In this document: piece by piece, positions 38,249 through 47,709 of the stretch | Numbering within the stretch: the stretch's first letter is position 1 | How the letters are laid out: each line of letters opens with the position of its first letter | DNA from: a candidate division WWE3 bacterium | Lineage (GTDB): Bacteria; Patescibacteriota; WWE3; UBA101185; UBA10185 | NCBI GenBank assembly: GCA_016182565.1 | Contig: JACPGI010000004.1 | Coordinates: 174,775-238,774 of the forward strand | Direction of reading: 5' to 3' | Length of the DNA stretch: 64,000 bases | The notes under the pieces: generated by a model | Told to the model about the DNA's origin: nothing | The model's input: the letters and a program-made list of their open reading frames with translations, nothing else | Databases searched by the model: none | Position numbers and translations under genes: made by a program

Positions 38249-39417
38249 CAGATTTTGTTGTCTTTTTTTAATACACTTTCATAAAATTTACCTAGCTGTT
38301 TAGCTTGGTTTTTAAAAGTGTACTTTCTTTGAACATATTTCATTGCCTCAAGTGCCTTGCGCTTTTCTTTTACTAAGTTTTTAGCACCAAAAGCCCGGTG
38401 TATCTTTTTTGCTAAATCCCGAGCATCTGCCGGCTCTACCAGAATTGCAAATCGGCCCTTATTTGTAGCCTCAGTTAACCCACCCACATTTGTACAGATC
38501 ACTGGAATTCCCATAGCCAACGCTTCAATAACCGCATTTCCCCAAGATTCGGTCAACGATGGGTGTATATAAAAATCAGTTTTTGCTAAGTAGTTACATA
38601 TTAGTGAATTCTCTATATAACCAGTAAACTCAATATTCTCTTCTAACCTGTGATACGTAACTAATCTTTTCATTTCAAGCTCATCTGATCCTCCGCCAAT
38701 TAATCGCACTGAAAAATCCATACCTTGCTTTTTCAAAATTTTTATAGCATCAATCAAATAATTAATCCCTTTCAAAAAAGATATTTCCCCAACATAGGTA
38801 AGATTTACACGCCTCACTTCAGAATAAGCTTCCAAGTTTTTCTGTACAGTTGTGCAGCCGTTTCGAATGACTTGAACTTTTTTACTTATACCGAGCTGTA
38901 GTAAGGTGTCATTTACGCTATTAGATGGGCCTGACAAATACACATTTGGGGCCATTAGATACTGCTTTAGTTCACTAAATTTTCTATCCTTTTCAAGATG
39001 TGTATCAGTGTAAACAGCAGAAAACGGAATGTGATCATACACAGTTCGGAACGCAAAAATGCATGGCTTGTTTGTTTCGACGCAAATTTTTAATCCGATC
39101 ATACTTGCAGGTCGAAACGAAAAAGTGAAATGTATATGTACGATGTCAGCTTCCTCTATAAGTTTCTCCAACTGTGCTACAGTTGTTAAATAGACAAGCT
39201 TTACCTCATCTGTTACCAAAACATTGGAAACATTTTTAACAGTTTCTGATGTAAGCCGACTCGTAGCTATTGTCGTATCATAACCAAGTGTTATTAAGTG
39301 CTTATTCGTCTCAAATGTATTCACCTCTACACCACCACCTTCTTTGGGTGGGTAGTCATGAATATTTAAAATTTTCCTCTTTATTTCGTTTTGCATTTTT
39401 GTTTCACCAAATAACAA
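38245..39417 (-). CDS. GT4 family glycosyltransferase
   Basis: YPP..GGG.E, HIH, IRNG, VG....KG...LI.A, PSLTESWG..VIEALAMGIPVI.TNVGGL.E. Confidence 0.93.
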   Translation of the reverse strand: MLFGETKMQNEIKRKILNIHDYPPKEGGGVEVNTFETNKHLITLGYDTTIATSRLTSETVKNVSNVLVTDEVKLVYLTTVAQLEKLIEEADIVHIHFTFSFRPASMIGLKICVETNKPCIFAFRTVYDHIPFSAVYTDTHLEKDRKFSELKQYLMAPNVYLSGPSNSVNDTLLQLGISKKVQVIRNGCTTVQKNLEAYSEVRRVNLTYVGEISFLKGINYLIDAIKILKKQGMDFSVRLIGGGSDELEMKRLVTYHRLEENIEFTGYIENSLICNYLAKTDFYIHPSLTESWGNAVIEALAMGIPVICTNVGGLTEATNKGRFAILVEPADARDLAKKIHRAFGAKNLVKEKRKALEAMKYVQRKYTFKNQAKQLGKFYESVLKKDNKIC

Positions 39418-39439
39418 TTACTAAGACACACCAAAACAC

Positions 39440-40192
39440 TCAACTTCCAATTTCAACAAACTCATTCAAAATCCGAGCAGCCTCCGGTTTGAACTTAAAC
39501 CATGTTGGGTTCAAAAAATCATAGCTTTCCCCATATTTAAATCCGACCCTCGATCCACGCATCATTGCTTGACCTTCTGCAAAACTGTTTAAGTAATCAT
39601 CAATTCTTCCGTCATAAGCTATTTTTGACGCTTCAATTTTCGCACTGTGAGTACTTGATGTATTAAACGTAATCAAAGGGTTTGGTAATACATTCAAACC
39701 GTCTGATTGCAAAAGTATGCCTGTTTTCAATGGTTCCCCAAGCTCAGGACAAGTTTTTCGGCAAGCAAACTCAAACGCTCTTGCACCAATTAAATGAGAT
39801 ACGGTATGCTCGAAGTGATAATCCTCTTTATTCATCAAAACAGTCACATCAGGTCTTATTGCACGCATTATCTTTGTGACTGCAAAAACCATCTCCTCAT
39901 TTTCAGCAAAAATTCTTTTTTCTGAATCTAAAACTATGGGTTTTTGAGCGCCTAATAACTCGCAGTACAGTGACACTTCTTTTATTCGGTTATGCTTAAT
40001 TTGCTCCGATGTTATTTCCCCAGTACCACTTATTGCGTTCTTTCCCGGTGTACATACAATTTCATGTACAAGCCAACCACTGTCTGCCAATTTTTTCATG
40101 GTACCCCCGACTTCAATGTCATCGTCCGGATGGGCACAAATATATAAAAATGTTCGCGATTTCTGCTTTTTTTCTGTTACTTTTTCTTTCAT
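39440..40192 (-). CDS. PIG-L/LmbE family deacetylase
   Basis: CAHPDDD..VGGTM, R..E, IRPD, DYHFEH, RG.RVG..YGE. Confidence 0.9.
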   Translation of the reverse strand: MKEKVTEKKQKSRTFLYICAHPDDDIEVGGTMKKLADSGWLVHEIVCTPGKNAISGTGEITSEQIKHNRIKEVSLYCELLGAQKPIVLDSEKRIFAENEEMVFAVTKIMRAIRPDVTVLMNKEDYHFEHTVSHLIGARAFEFACRKTCPELGEPLKTGILLQSDGLNVLPNPLITFNTSSTHSAKIEASKIAYDGRIDDYLNSFAEGQAMMRGSRVGFKYGESYDFLNPTWFKFKPEAARILNEFVEIGS

Positions 40193-40220
40193 AAAAGTCC
40201 TTTCTAACCAAAATTAATAA

Positions 40221-40255
40221 GAAAAAACAAAAAACCTCCCGATTTTTGGAGGTTT
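40221..40255 (-). terminator. Leader (attenuator) terminator about 30 nt upstream of the deacetylase start
   Basis: Minus strand AAACCTCC-AAAAATCG-GGAGGTTT-TTTGTTTTTTC. Confidence 0.85.
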
Positions 40256-40290
40256 GTAAAAGTTGGGCTTTTTAAATTTTTGCTTTTGTT

Positions 40291-40425
40291 TTACAAATTA
40301 CCTCCTAACAAGTTTTCCCACAAAATAAATCTTGTATACATATGAACACCTTTAAGTAAGAGGTGTTTTGGGGTGGAGATATTTGAAATGTTTTCTAAAG
40401 CTAAAATTTGCATATTTTTATACAT
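40291..40425 (-). CDS. Putative attenuator leader peptide (44 aa; alternative in-frame starts at 40413 and 40341)
   Basis: MYKNMQILALENISNISTPKHLLLKGVHMYTRFILWENLLGGNL*; last codons and stop overlap the antiterminator strand GGAGGTAATTTGTAAAA. Confidence 0.6.
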   Translation of the reverse strand: MYKNMQILALENISNISTPKHLLLKGVHMYTRFILWENLLGGNL

Positions 40426-40428
40426 GGC

Positions 40429-40457
40429 TTTATATCTAAATTTTACGTGGATGTCAA
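40429..40457 (-). promoter_or_regulatory. sigma70 promoter of the attenuated operon
   Basis: TTGACA-17 nt-TATAAA. Confidence 0.75.
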
Positions 40458-40570
40458 ATAATTGTCCAATATTTCAAAACCCCATCGATAACCCTTACAC
40501 CAAACACTTAGGTAGGGTGGCCTAAATACTAGATTCAAAGTATTGTAAGTACAGGCCGGCAACTAAACTC

Positions 40571-40599
40571 TTGACAGTTAACATAGTCTTGGGTATGAT
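40571..40599 (+). promoter_or_regulatory. sigma70 promoter upstream of a structured leader and tRNA-Thr
   Basis: TTGACA-17 nt-TATGAT. Confidence 0.8.
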
Positions 40600-40826
40600 G
40601 CCTAGACTCTCATTAATTTATTAGTGGGAATAGAAATAACTCCGCAAGGAGTTATTTCGTTTTCTACAAGAAAACTCCTCAACTAACAAATAATACTTTG
40701 GTTTAAATAAATTACCCACAAAACTATAACTACAGTGTAATGTTGAAATGTTTGATAAAATGAAGCTAGAAACAGAACATTTGACGTAATTTGGGGCACC
40801 TCAAAGTCTACATGTCTAAAAACCAA

Positions 40827-40901
40827 GCCGGAATAGCTCAATGGTAGAGCAATTGCATCGTAAGCAATAGGTTGTGGGTTCGATTCCCACCTCCGGCTCC
40901 A
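40827..40901 (+). tRNA. tRNA-Thr(CGU)
   Basis: GCCGGAATAGCTCAATGGTAGAGC, ATTGC-AT-CGT-AA-GCAAT, GGTTCGATTCC, TCCA. Confidence 0.95.
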
Positions 40902-40929
40902 ATAATTCTATGGTAAAATTTCAACAATA

Positions 40930-41682
40930 ATGAAACGCAACACTTTTCAACAAAACAAAACAAAAAGCAATATAAAAAATGAAAGTCTTACTGAAGATGA
41001 GCTTGTTGTAAAACTTAAAAAGAACTTATCCATATTTCTTATTATTTTGGCTGTTTTAGTTGTAGCATTTGGTTTTTTTGGACCAAAGGTGGGATCACTT
41101 TTTTTTATCTTTTCTAAACATAGAAATGATAAAGAACTTGGTGATATTGTTCCTCCTGCCACGCCAATATTTTCCCAAATTCCCGAAGCCACAAACAAAA
41201 ACACAATCACATTTAACGGCGTTACTGAACCAGATGTTGCTGTCTCAATTTTTGTAAATGGTCCTGAAAGACAAAAAACAACAACTGACAAAGATGGGTC
41301 ATTTACTTTTGCAGATATAAAACTAGACTTGGGACAAAATATCATATTTGCAAAGGCTAAAGATAACTCCGGCAACGAGAGTGATAAATCTAAAATTTAT
41401 TATGTAGTGTTTGATGAAAAAAAACCTGAAATAAAAATAAATGAACCAAAAGAAGGCTCTGTTGTAAAAAATCTAAACAAAAGAGTATTAGTAAAAGGGG
41501 AAATCAACGAAACCGCTGAAGTAAAAGTAAATGGATTAAATGCATTAGTCAAATCTGACAATACTTTTGAGATTGTGCTTGGAGTAGATAGCGGTGAAGT
41601 AGAAATAAAAATACAGGCAATTGATGCCGCTGGAAATAAAGGTGAGAAAACAATTAAGGTTACTTATCAAAAGTCTTCTTAG
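40930..41682 (+). CDS. Membrane-anchored protein with two bacterial Ig-like domains
   Basis: TM helix; G.TEP...V.IFVNG...DGSF...G.N.I...A.D..GN pattern repeated twice. Confidence 0.85.
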   Translation: MKRNTFQQNKTKSNIKNESLTEDELVVKLKKNLSIFLIILAVLVVAFGFFGPKVGSLFFIFSKHRNDKELGDIVPPATPIFSQIPEATNKNTITFNGVTEPDVAVSIFVNGPERQKTTTDKDGSFTFADIKLDLGQNIIFAKAKDNSGNESDKSKIYYVVFDEKKPEIKINEPKEGSVVKNLNKRVLVKGEINETAEVKVNGLNALVKSDNTFEIVLGVDSGEVEIKIQAIDAAGNKGEKTIKVTYQKSS

Positions 41683-42877
41683 TAACTTTTAGCAAATTTA
41701 GATCCATTAAAATTGGCCAAATAAAAAGCATTGGCGGATAAAAAAGACTATTTACAAATTGAGAGTGTAACAAAAGAGAGCCAAAAACAGATATTAGAAC
41801 CAAATTCCATTTTACAAAAAATGCTTCGAGTACCACTTTGAAAATAGGAAAAACAAAAAAAACAAAACCAACAAGACCTGTTGTAGCTAAAACTAAAAGT
41901 AAACTTGAATCAGCCCCCGCCCCGGAATTGCCCCCTGACTCCCCCGCCTCAATAAACCCATAATCTCTTTGAATATAACGATATGTGTTGTAGCCTACCC
42001 CAAATAGTAAATTGTCTTTGGAGATAGAAATAGCATTTTGCCAAGAAGTTAATCGAAACGCAGCAGAATCAGCCGGATCTGTAATACCAGAGATACGTGT
42101 TTGTACTCTAGGTACTGCAAAATACGCCCCAAAAATAATAAGAAGGGATAAAATAAGTAGTACCCTTGATTTAAAAATCCCATATATAAAAATAGAAACG
42201 GCAAGCATAGCCCAGCTGCTTCGTGAAAATGTTAAAAAGATTGCAGAAATAGGAATCAATATATATAAAATAAACCTTTTTATATCCCACCTATAAAATT
42301 CAAATAAATAGCTTCCTATGGCTATTGCTACAACCAAACTCAAATATCCACCTGCAAAATTTGGATCTAAAAAAGTAGAAGCTAATCTATTTTTGTGGGG
42401 GTCAAGACCTAAAATTGGATCAAGTTTTGTAAAATCAGGTATGAGTATCAATTGCACAAAACCAGCAACAGCTATAAATAGACTTGAGTTAAAAAGATGC
42501 GTCAAAAAAGTTTTTTGGCCTAAAATATTCATTTTTAAAAGATTACTTGTCACTAAAACCGCCACCAAATAGATAATAAATCTTGCAAGATAAAAGATTG
42601 AAGCCAAAACTTGGGAATCATTTAGATTAGTTAAACCAAATGGTAAAGTTAAAATTGCCCAAGCTACAAAGAAAATAAAATAAACGTAGGGCTTACCAAT
42701 ATAAAAATTTTTCTTCACAACAATAAAGAGATAACACCCAAGTACTGCATACAAAGACACAACTAGATCAAACACGTATAACTTAAAATCACCAAGCCTA
42801 GCTAAAATTGCAAGTTGCCCAAGACATAGAGTAAAAAGGGACAGTTTAAATAAAATTATAGTTATGGAACTTAACAT
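41660..42877 (-). CDS. O-antigen ligase/Wzy_C family membrane protein
   Basis: R..STF.DPN..GGYL, LTFSRSSW, R...W..A, FGVG. Confidence 0.88.
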   Translation of the reverse strand: MLSSITIILFKLSLFTLCLGQLAILARLGDFKLYVFDLVVSLYAVLGCYLFIVVKKNFYIGKPYVYFIFFVAWAILTLPFGLTNLNDSQVLASIFYLARFIIYLVAVLVTSNLLKMNILGQKTFLTHLFNSSLFIAVAGFVQLILIPDFTKLDPILGLDPHKNRLASTFLDPNFAGGYLSLVVAIAIGSYLFEFYRWDIKRFILYILIPISAIFLTFSRSSWAMLAVSIFIYGIFKSRVLLILSLLIIFGAYFAVPRVQTRISGITDPADSAAFRLTSWQNAISISKDNLLFGVGYNTYRYIQRDYGFIEAGESGGNSGAGADSSLLLVLATTGLVGFVFFVFPIFKVVLEAFFVKWNLVLISVFGSLLLHSQFVNSLFYPPMLFIWPILMDLNLLKVTKKTFDK

Positions 42878-42892
42878 ATATAAATTAGCCTA

Positions 42893-44185
42893 TTAAACTT
42901 GTTTTGCATATTTTTTCTTCCAAGCCTTATTTGCAAAGAACATAAGAAGCATTAAAATTAATCCTTCCGTGAATATCGTGATGTAGGAAGAAGCTATAAA
43001 TGAAAATCTTGGTATAAAATACCAATTTAGACTAACACTAAACACAGCCCCCAAAAGATAGATAAAGGGTAAATACTTTTGGCTTCCGAGTGTAACTATT
43101 AGCCAGGAGATAGGTTGGGTCAGATAAAAAACAAATATACCGCCCATTAGTATTCTAAGAGGAAAAACCGAATGACTAAACTCCTCTCCCCCCAGGGCCC
43201 TTATTATAAACGGTGCAAATATATATCCTACTACTCCAATTAAAATTCCAAAAACCAAAAGTCCTTGAAGTGATTTTAAAAAAGTAATCTTTAGTGCACT
43301 AGCGCTCTCATTCATTTTTTTGACATAAAATGGATAAATAGCATTCATAAAAAAAGTAGGAATAACAAGACAAACTTCAAAAATTTTATAAGCGAGTCCA
43401 TAAATCCCTACGGATTCAGTATTATTAAAAGAGTACAAACTAGGTAATTTCAAAACAGAAAGTAAAAGTGTGTCCGACCTAAAATTAACTTGGCTAAAAA
43501 TAAACATAAGTCCAAGAGGCAAAGATTCAAGTAGAAAAAATTTAACTATTTTTGCATCAAATTCAAAGCCAATGGTTAAACCTAACTTCTTCAAGAAATT
43601 TAAATTTACAAAAAAAGTAACTAGTCCCCCTAAGACATAAGAAAAATTCACCCAAGCTACACCTAAGTTTAATTTCATTGAAAAAATGGCAAAAAGAAAT
43701 AAAATCGCGTAACCCGAAATAAGTCCGATTGTTGACATATCATATCTAAGCTTCACTTGAAAAGCGATGTTAGTTGTAGTAAATAATGCCTGGGTTAGGA
43801 TTAAAAAAAGCCCAAACTGCGTACCCACAACAAGTGCCTTCGAGTAAGGGAAAAAAAGCAAGAGTACTGAGGCTATAAATATAAGGCAAAGGGATAAAAT
43901 AATTCTTAAACTTAAAATGTTTGAAAGGTATTTTTTGGCCTTTGTCCAGTCAGTTGTAAGTTCCCGCGTTGCAATAGCGTTCATACCAAAATCTGCGATG
44001 ATAAAAAATATAGCAGGAAAAGACTGCATTATATTAAACTCACCGTAACCACTTCTTCCAAAGTTTCTCGTAATAAGAACTGTTAAAAAAAGAGTGATAA
44101 TGGCAGTTACCACTTTACCCAATAATTGAAATGCTGTATTAAAGATTATTTTTTTAACTGAAACAGAGTTTAAAATATGCAACAT
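42893..44185 (-). CDS. Wzx-type oligosaccharide flippase (MOP family)
   Basis: ADFG, 12+ TM helices, D.LLLS, VGIYG.AY, LN..FIP. Confidence 0.9.
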   Translation of the reverse strand: MLHILNSVSVKKIIFNTAFQLLGKVVTAIITLFLTVLITRNFGRSGYGEFNIMQSFPAIFFIIADFGMNAIATRELTTDWTKAKKYLSNILSLRIILSLCLIFIASVLLLFFPYSKALVVGTQFGLFLILTQALFTTTNIAFQVKLRYDMSTIGLISGYAILFLFAIFSMKLNLGVAWVNFSYVLGGLVTFFVNLNFLKKLGLTIGFEFDAKIVKFFLLESLPLGLMFIFSQVNFRSDTLLLSVLKLPSLYSFNNTESVGIYGLAYKIFEVCLVIPTFFMNAIYPFYVKKMNESASALKITFLKSLQGLLVFGILIGVVGYIFAPFIIRALGGEEFSHSVFPLRILMGGIFVFYLTQPISWLIVTLGSQKYLPFIYLLGAVFSVSLNWYFIPRFSFIASSYITIFTEGLILMLLMFFANKAWKKKYAKQV

Positions 44186-44205
44186 CCTGGTGATTATAAA
44201 ACTAA

Positions 44206-45393
44206 TTATCTTTTATCGCACCCCAGAGCGCTTACTGACGCAAGGTTTAGTCTTTCCGGGTTTCCTGCTACTTTCTTCATAGCTTTAACTACCTGGAATT
44301 GTTCATAAGGAGAGCCATTTTGGTCAACCCATGCGAAATGATCCGCAGGGGATTCGTACCAAATAGTAAATGGCATAACCGCTTGAACTTTAGGGTCAGA
44401 AAGCCAAACTTTTTCGTATGCCGCTTTTATATTCTGGGCTGTCTTTGAACCTAACATATAATTAGAGTTGTATTTTTTACCTTCTGCATGAGCCCAACCT
44501 GTCTCTGTAATAAATACTGGAAGCTCTTTTGTTACCTGTAATGTATCTTTCAGAAATGCGAGTTCCACCTCATAACCGCGAATTGAAGCACGTCCTGTAT
44601 CTGTTGGGCTTCCTGAAAAATCAGGTTGGGGATAAGAATGAGACGCAAAGCCATCTAATTTATCAAAAATTCCGGGAACCTCTTCGTCCATTTTTTTCAT
44701 ATAATCAAATGCGTCCATGTATCCTGAAGCATTTGGTGCTGTGAGATTTAAAGCACCATTCATAACAAAAAAGTCATTATCTTGTGCTTTAAAGATTTCT
44801 ATCGTCTTATTTAAAATTTTTGCGTATTCTTTAGGATCCACTCGGTTGTACCAAAAATTTGCGTCATTTGGTTCATTATATGCACTAATGTATTTTTGTT
44901 TTACTGGCCATAAAAATTGGTTCAAGAATTTTGCAGCTTTTTTTGTATCCGATTCAACTTCATCTGGATTTATATTCCATAGCTGTACAACAGGAATTAG
45001 ATGTTTTTTGTGCAACAAGAAAAAAAGCCTTTGCCATTTTTCCTCATCCGTATCTTGCAGATTATAGGGGATTAAAACATAGCCCCAATCACCGCCGTTT
45101 GAGTTGACTAGTTCGTCAGCAAGTTTAACAAACTGCTCGCTGTCAGGATAGATATATAGACCAAATTTATTGTTTGAACGCACTCCTTTATCTGAACTAT
45201 CATAATAATAAAACTCTATTGCATCAGTCCGTGAACAAAGATCCGGGCTTTGTGGTACTGCCCGCTTAAACGTAGTGTATTCGATAGGATTAATCAAAAC
45301 CCTGGTTGAAAATCTTGTAAAGTAAATATAGAATCCTCCGGCCCCAATTAATGCTATTGCAAAAATAATGGTTAATATCTTTAACGCCTTCAT
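44206..45393 (-). CDS. Membrane-anchored clan GH-A glycoside hydrolase-like protein
   Basis: YNEPN (acid/base), SHSYP, ITETGW (nucleophile). Confidence 0.8.
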   Translation of the reverse strand: MKALKILTIIFAIALIGAGGFYIYFTRFSTRVLINPIEYTTFKRAVPQSPDLCSRTDAIEFYYYDSSDKGVRSNNKFGLYIYPDSEQFVKLADELVNSNGGDWGYVLIPYNLQDTDEEKWQRLFFLLHKKHLIPVVQLWNINPDEVESDTKKAAKFLNQFLWPVKQKYISAYNEPNDANFWYNRVDPKEYAKILNKTIEIFKAQDNDFFVMNGALNLTAPNASGYMDAFDYMKKMDEEVPGIFDKLDGFASHSYPQPDFSGSPTDTGRASIRGYEVELAFLKDTLQVTKELPVFITETGWAHAEGKKYNSNYMLGSKTAQNIKAAYEKVWLSDPKVQAVMPFTIWYESPADHFAWVDQNGSPYEQFQVVKAMKKVAGNPERLNLASVSALGCDKR

Positions 45394-45427
45394 ATATTAC
45401 AATCATATCATCTGCTAAAATGAGTAA

Positions 45428-46663
45428 GTGAAAAATCAAATCAGAATTATGCTTACTATAAATATCTTAGCTGCAACCATGGCCTCAACGTCATTTTTCC
45501 TACAAGATGTTAAGATGCCTAATTATTTTGTATCACCACGTGGGAGCGCTTTTAGTGTTTTGGCAGCAAAAACAAAGATTGAAAGACCTAAAGATATAAT
45601 TTATGGGTATCTTCCATACTGGACACTTGGAGCAACAAAGCACCTGCAATTAGACAAGCTTACTGATATTGCCTACTTTGCGCTTCGTATAAATAAAGAT
45701 GGAAAAATAAGAACCCTTGATGAAGACGGAAATATAGATTCCGGGTACAACAAATGGAAAAATAGTGATGAGTTAGATGCTTTAATTTCTGAGGCTAAAA
45801 AAAATGGGGTACGTTTTGCACTTACTATAATTTCCCATGAAGATGATGTGAGTAGAGAATTTCTAAATTGCAGAGAATGCTGGGAAACATTGTTGACTGA
45901 AATAGCTCGTGAACTTAAAGCTAAAAATATAAAGGACTTGAACATGGACTTTGAGTTGGTTGAAGCAGATGCAGAACCAGATCTTTCATTAAAATACAGT
46001 CAACTGGTAAATTTTTTGAATCGTGGCCTTGACGATAAATTCGGCAATTCTTACGTAGTCACTGCAACTCTTCCTGACTCAGTTTATAAACCTCGTATTA
46101 CTGACATAGAAACTTTGGGTAGAGCTTCAGATGCATTGTTTATCATGGCTTACGACTTTCATAGGCCAACTTCAGATAATGCTGGGCCGGTAGCACCGGT
46201 TGATGGTAAGGGAACCCACTCGGAATATGACGTGCGCACTATGCTTGACGATTATATGAAAAAAGCCCCTTCAAGTAAGCTGCTTCTTGGAGTTCCTTAC
46301 TATGGTTATAACTGGCTTGTAGAAGATCCAAACCCTAATGCGAAAAGAATTTCAGGTACTGATGAACTTGGATTTTCTTTTTCACAAAGTTATGATGATG
46401 TTGCTGAAACAATTTTGAAATATAAACCCGATATACAATGGGATAAGCAGGGACTTGTTCCATACTTTACATACACCGATTCAGAAAAAGGAACAGCAAG
46501 GCAAGTTTACTACGAAAATATTGATTCATTAAAAATAAAATATAACTTGGCAAAAGATAATAAATTAGCTGGGGTTGGTATCTGGGCACTTGGGTATGAT
46601 GGTGGTTATCAAGAACTTTGGAAACTTTTGGGAAGTGAGTTTATTGGTATTGATAAAAGGTAG
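45428..46663 (+). CDS. GH18 family glycoside hydrolase (chitinase/peptidoglycan hydrolase-like)
   Basis: GYLPYW, DLNMDFE, MAYDFH, GPVAP, LGVPYYG, GVGIWALG. Confidence 0.92.
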   Translation: MKNQIRIMLTINILAATMASTSFFLQDVKMPNYFVSPRGSAFSVLAAKTKIERPKDIIYGYLPYWTLGATKHLQLDKLTDIAYFALRINKDGKIRTLDEDGNIDSGYNKWKNSDELDALISEAKKNGVRFALTIISHEDDVSREFLNCRECWETLLTEIARELKAKNIKDLNMDFELVEADAEPDLSLKYSQLVNFLNRGLDDKFGNSYVVTATLPDSVYKPRITDIETLGRASDALFIMAYDFHRPTSDNAGPVAPVDGKGTHSEYDVRTMLDDYMKKAPSSKLLLGVPYYGYNWLVEDPNPNAKRISGTDELGFSFSQSYDDVAETILKYKPDIQWDKQGLVPYFTYTDSEKGTARQVYYENIDSLKIKYNLAKDNKLAGVGIWALGYDGGYQELWKLLGSEFIGIDKR

Positions 46664-46697
46664 TATTTTAAGTAAAAATATTCGGATAGGATAAAAA

Positions 46698-46774
46698 TGG
46701 TGGGCCCATCAGGACTCGAACCTGAGACCTCTGCAATGTGAATGCAGCGCTCTAACCAACTGAGCTATGAGCCC
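46698..46774 (-). tRNA. tRNA-Val(CAC)
   Basis: GGGCTCATAGCTCAGTTGGTTAGAGC, CTGCA-TT-CAC-AT-TGCAG, GGTTCGAGTCC, ACCA. Confidence 0.96.
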
Positions 46775-46853
46775 CAATATTTCTTGTGCGAAACATTACG
46801 ATAAACAGCCACTTTTTCTTGCTTATATTTTACTACACCGCTAAAATTCTAAA

Positions 46854-47423
46854 GTGAAAAAGTTATCTAGCCCACTCACCAAACAACTTCTAATTCAACT
46901 CAAGCAATCTTTCAAAGAATTTCTTACACTTACTTTCATTTCAACCGGAGTCATTATACTTATTTTCTGGCTTATTGGCCAACCGCTTGAAATATCGGGA
47001 GATTCAATGACACCTACATTACTAAATGGTGAGCACATAATCATAGAAAAACTAAGTATCAAAAATACTCTACCTAAACGCGGTGAAATATATGTAGTGA
47101 GACATCCTGACAATAATTCGGTTTTTGTAATAAAAAGAGCAATTGGTCTTCCTGGTGACAAGATAAAATTGTCCAATGGTAATGTTTATATAAATGAGGT
47201 AAAGGTTGTAGAACCTTATCTTGCAAACAAAATAAAAACATCTGGAAAAACTTTCCTAAAGGATGATACGAGCTTTCTACTTCCGACAGATAGTTATTTT
47301 TTTCTTGGAGATAATAGAGAGAATAGCGCTGATTCAAGAACCTGGGGAACCATTAAACTTGATAAAATTATAGGAAAGCCTGTAATAGTTTATTATCCGT
47401 GGGAAAACTTTAGAATTCTTTAA
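46854..47423 (+). CDS. lepB: Signal peptidase I
   Basis: GDSMTPTL, VIKRAIGLPGD, LGDNRENSADSR. Confidence 0.96.
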   Translation: MKKLSSPLTKQLLIQLKQSFKEFLTLTFISTGVIILIFWLIGQPLEISGDSMTPTLLNGEHIIIEKLSIKNTLPKRGEIYVVRHPDNNSVFVIKRAIGLPGDKIKLSNGNVYINEVKVVEPYLANKIKTSGKTFLKDDTSFLLPTDSYFFLGDNRENSADSRTWGTIKLDKIIGKPVIVYYPWENFRIL

Positions 47424-47439
47424 AATCTTTAAAATACGG

Positions 47440-47706
47440 CTATTCTTGTGGAGTTACATCAATTTTCTTGCGATCAGAATCTCTTCTTACTTTAACAAAT
47501 TTCACAATACCTGAAATCAAAGAAAATATTGTAAAATCACGCCCCATACTAACATTTGCACCTGGAATAAAAGTTCTTCCCCTTTGTCTTACAATTATTT
47601 CGCCGGCCTTTACAGGACTTCCGCCAAAAGTCTTAACTCCAAGTCTTTTTCCTATTACATTTCCGCCTTGTCCAGCTTTTGAACCTCCGGCTTTCTTATG
47701 TGCCAT
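47440..47706 (-). CDS. rpmA: 50S ribosomal protein L27
   Basis: [29 protein letters not shown]. Confidence 0.98.
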   Translation of the reverse strand: MAHKKAGGSKAGQGGNVIGKRLGVKTFGGSPVKAGEIIVRQRGRTFIPGANVSMGRDFTIFSLISGIVKFVKVRRDSDRKKIDVTPQE

Positions 47707-47709
47707 AGC

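Noticed and set aside
35668-40826. Integrative element or prophage between tRNA-Gly and tRNA-Thr
   Set aside because: No integrase, and no duplicated tRNA 3' end (att repeat) found by eye; it can only be called a tRNA-flanked accessory region.
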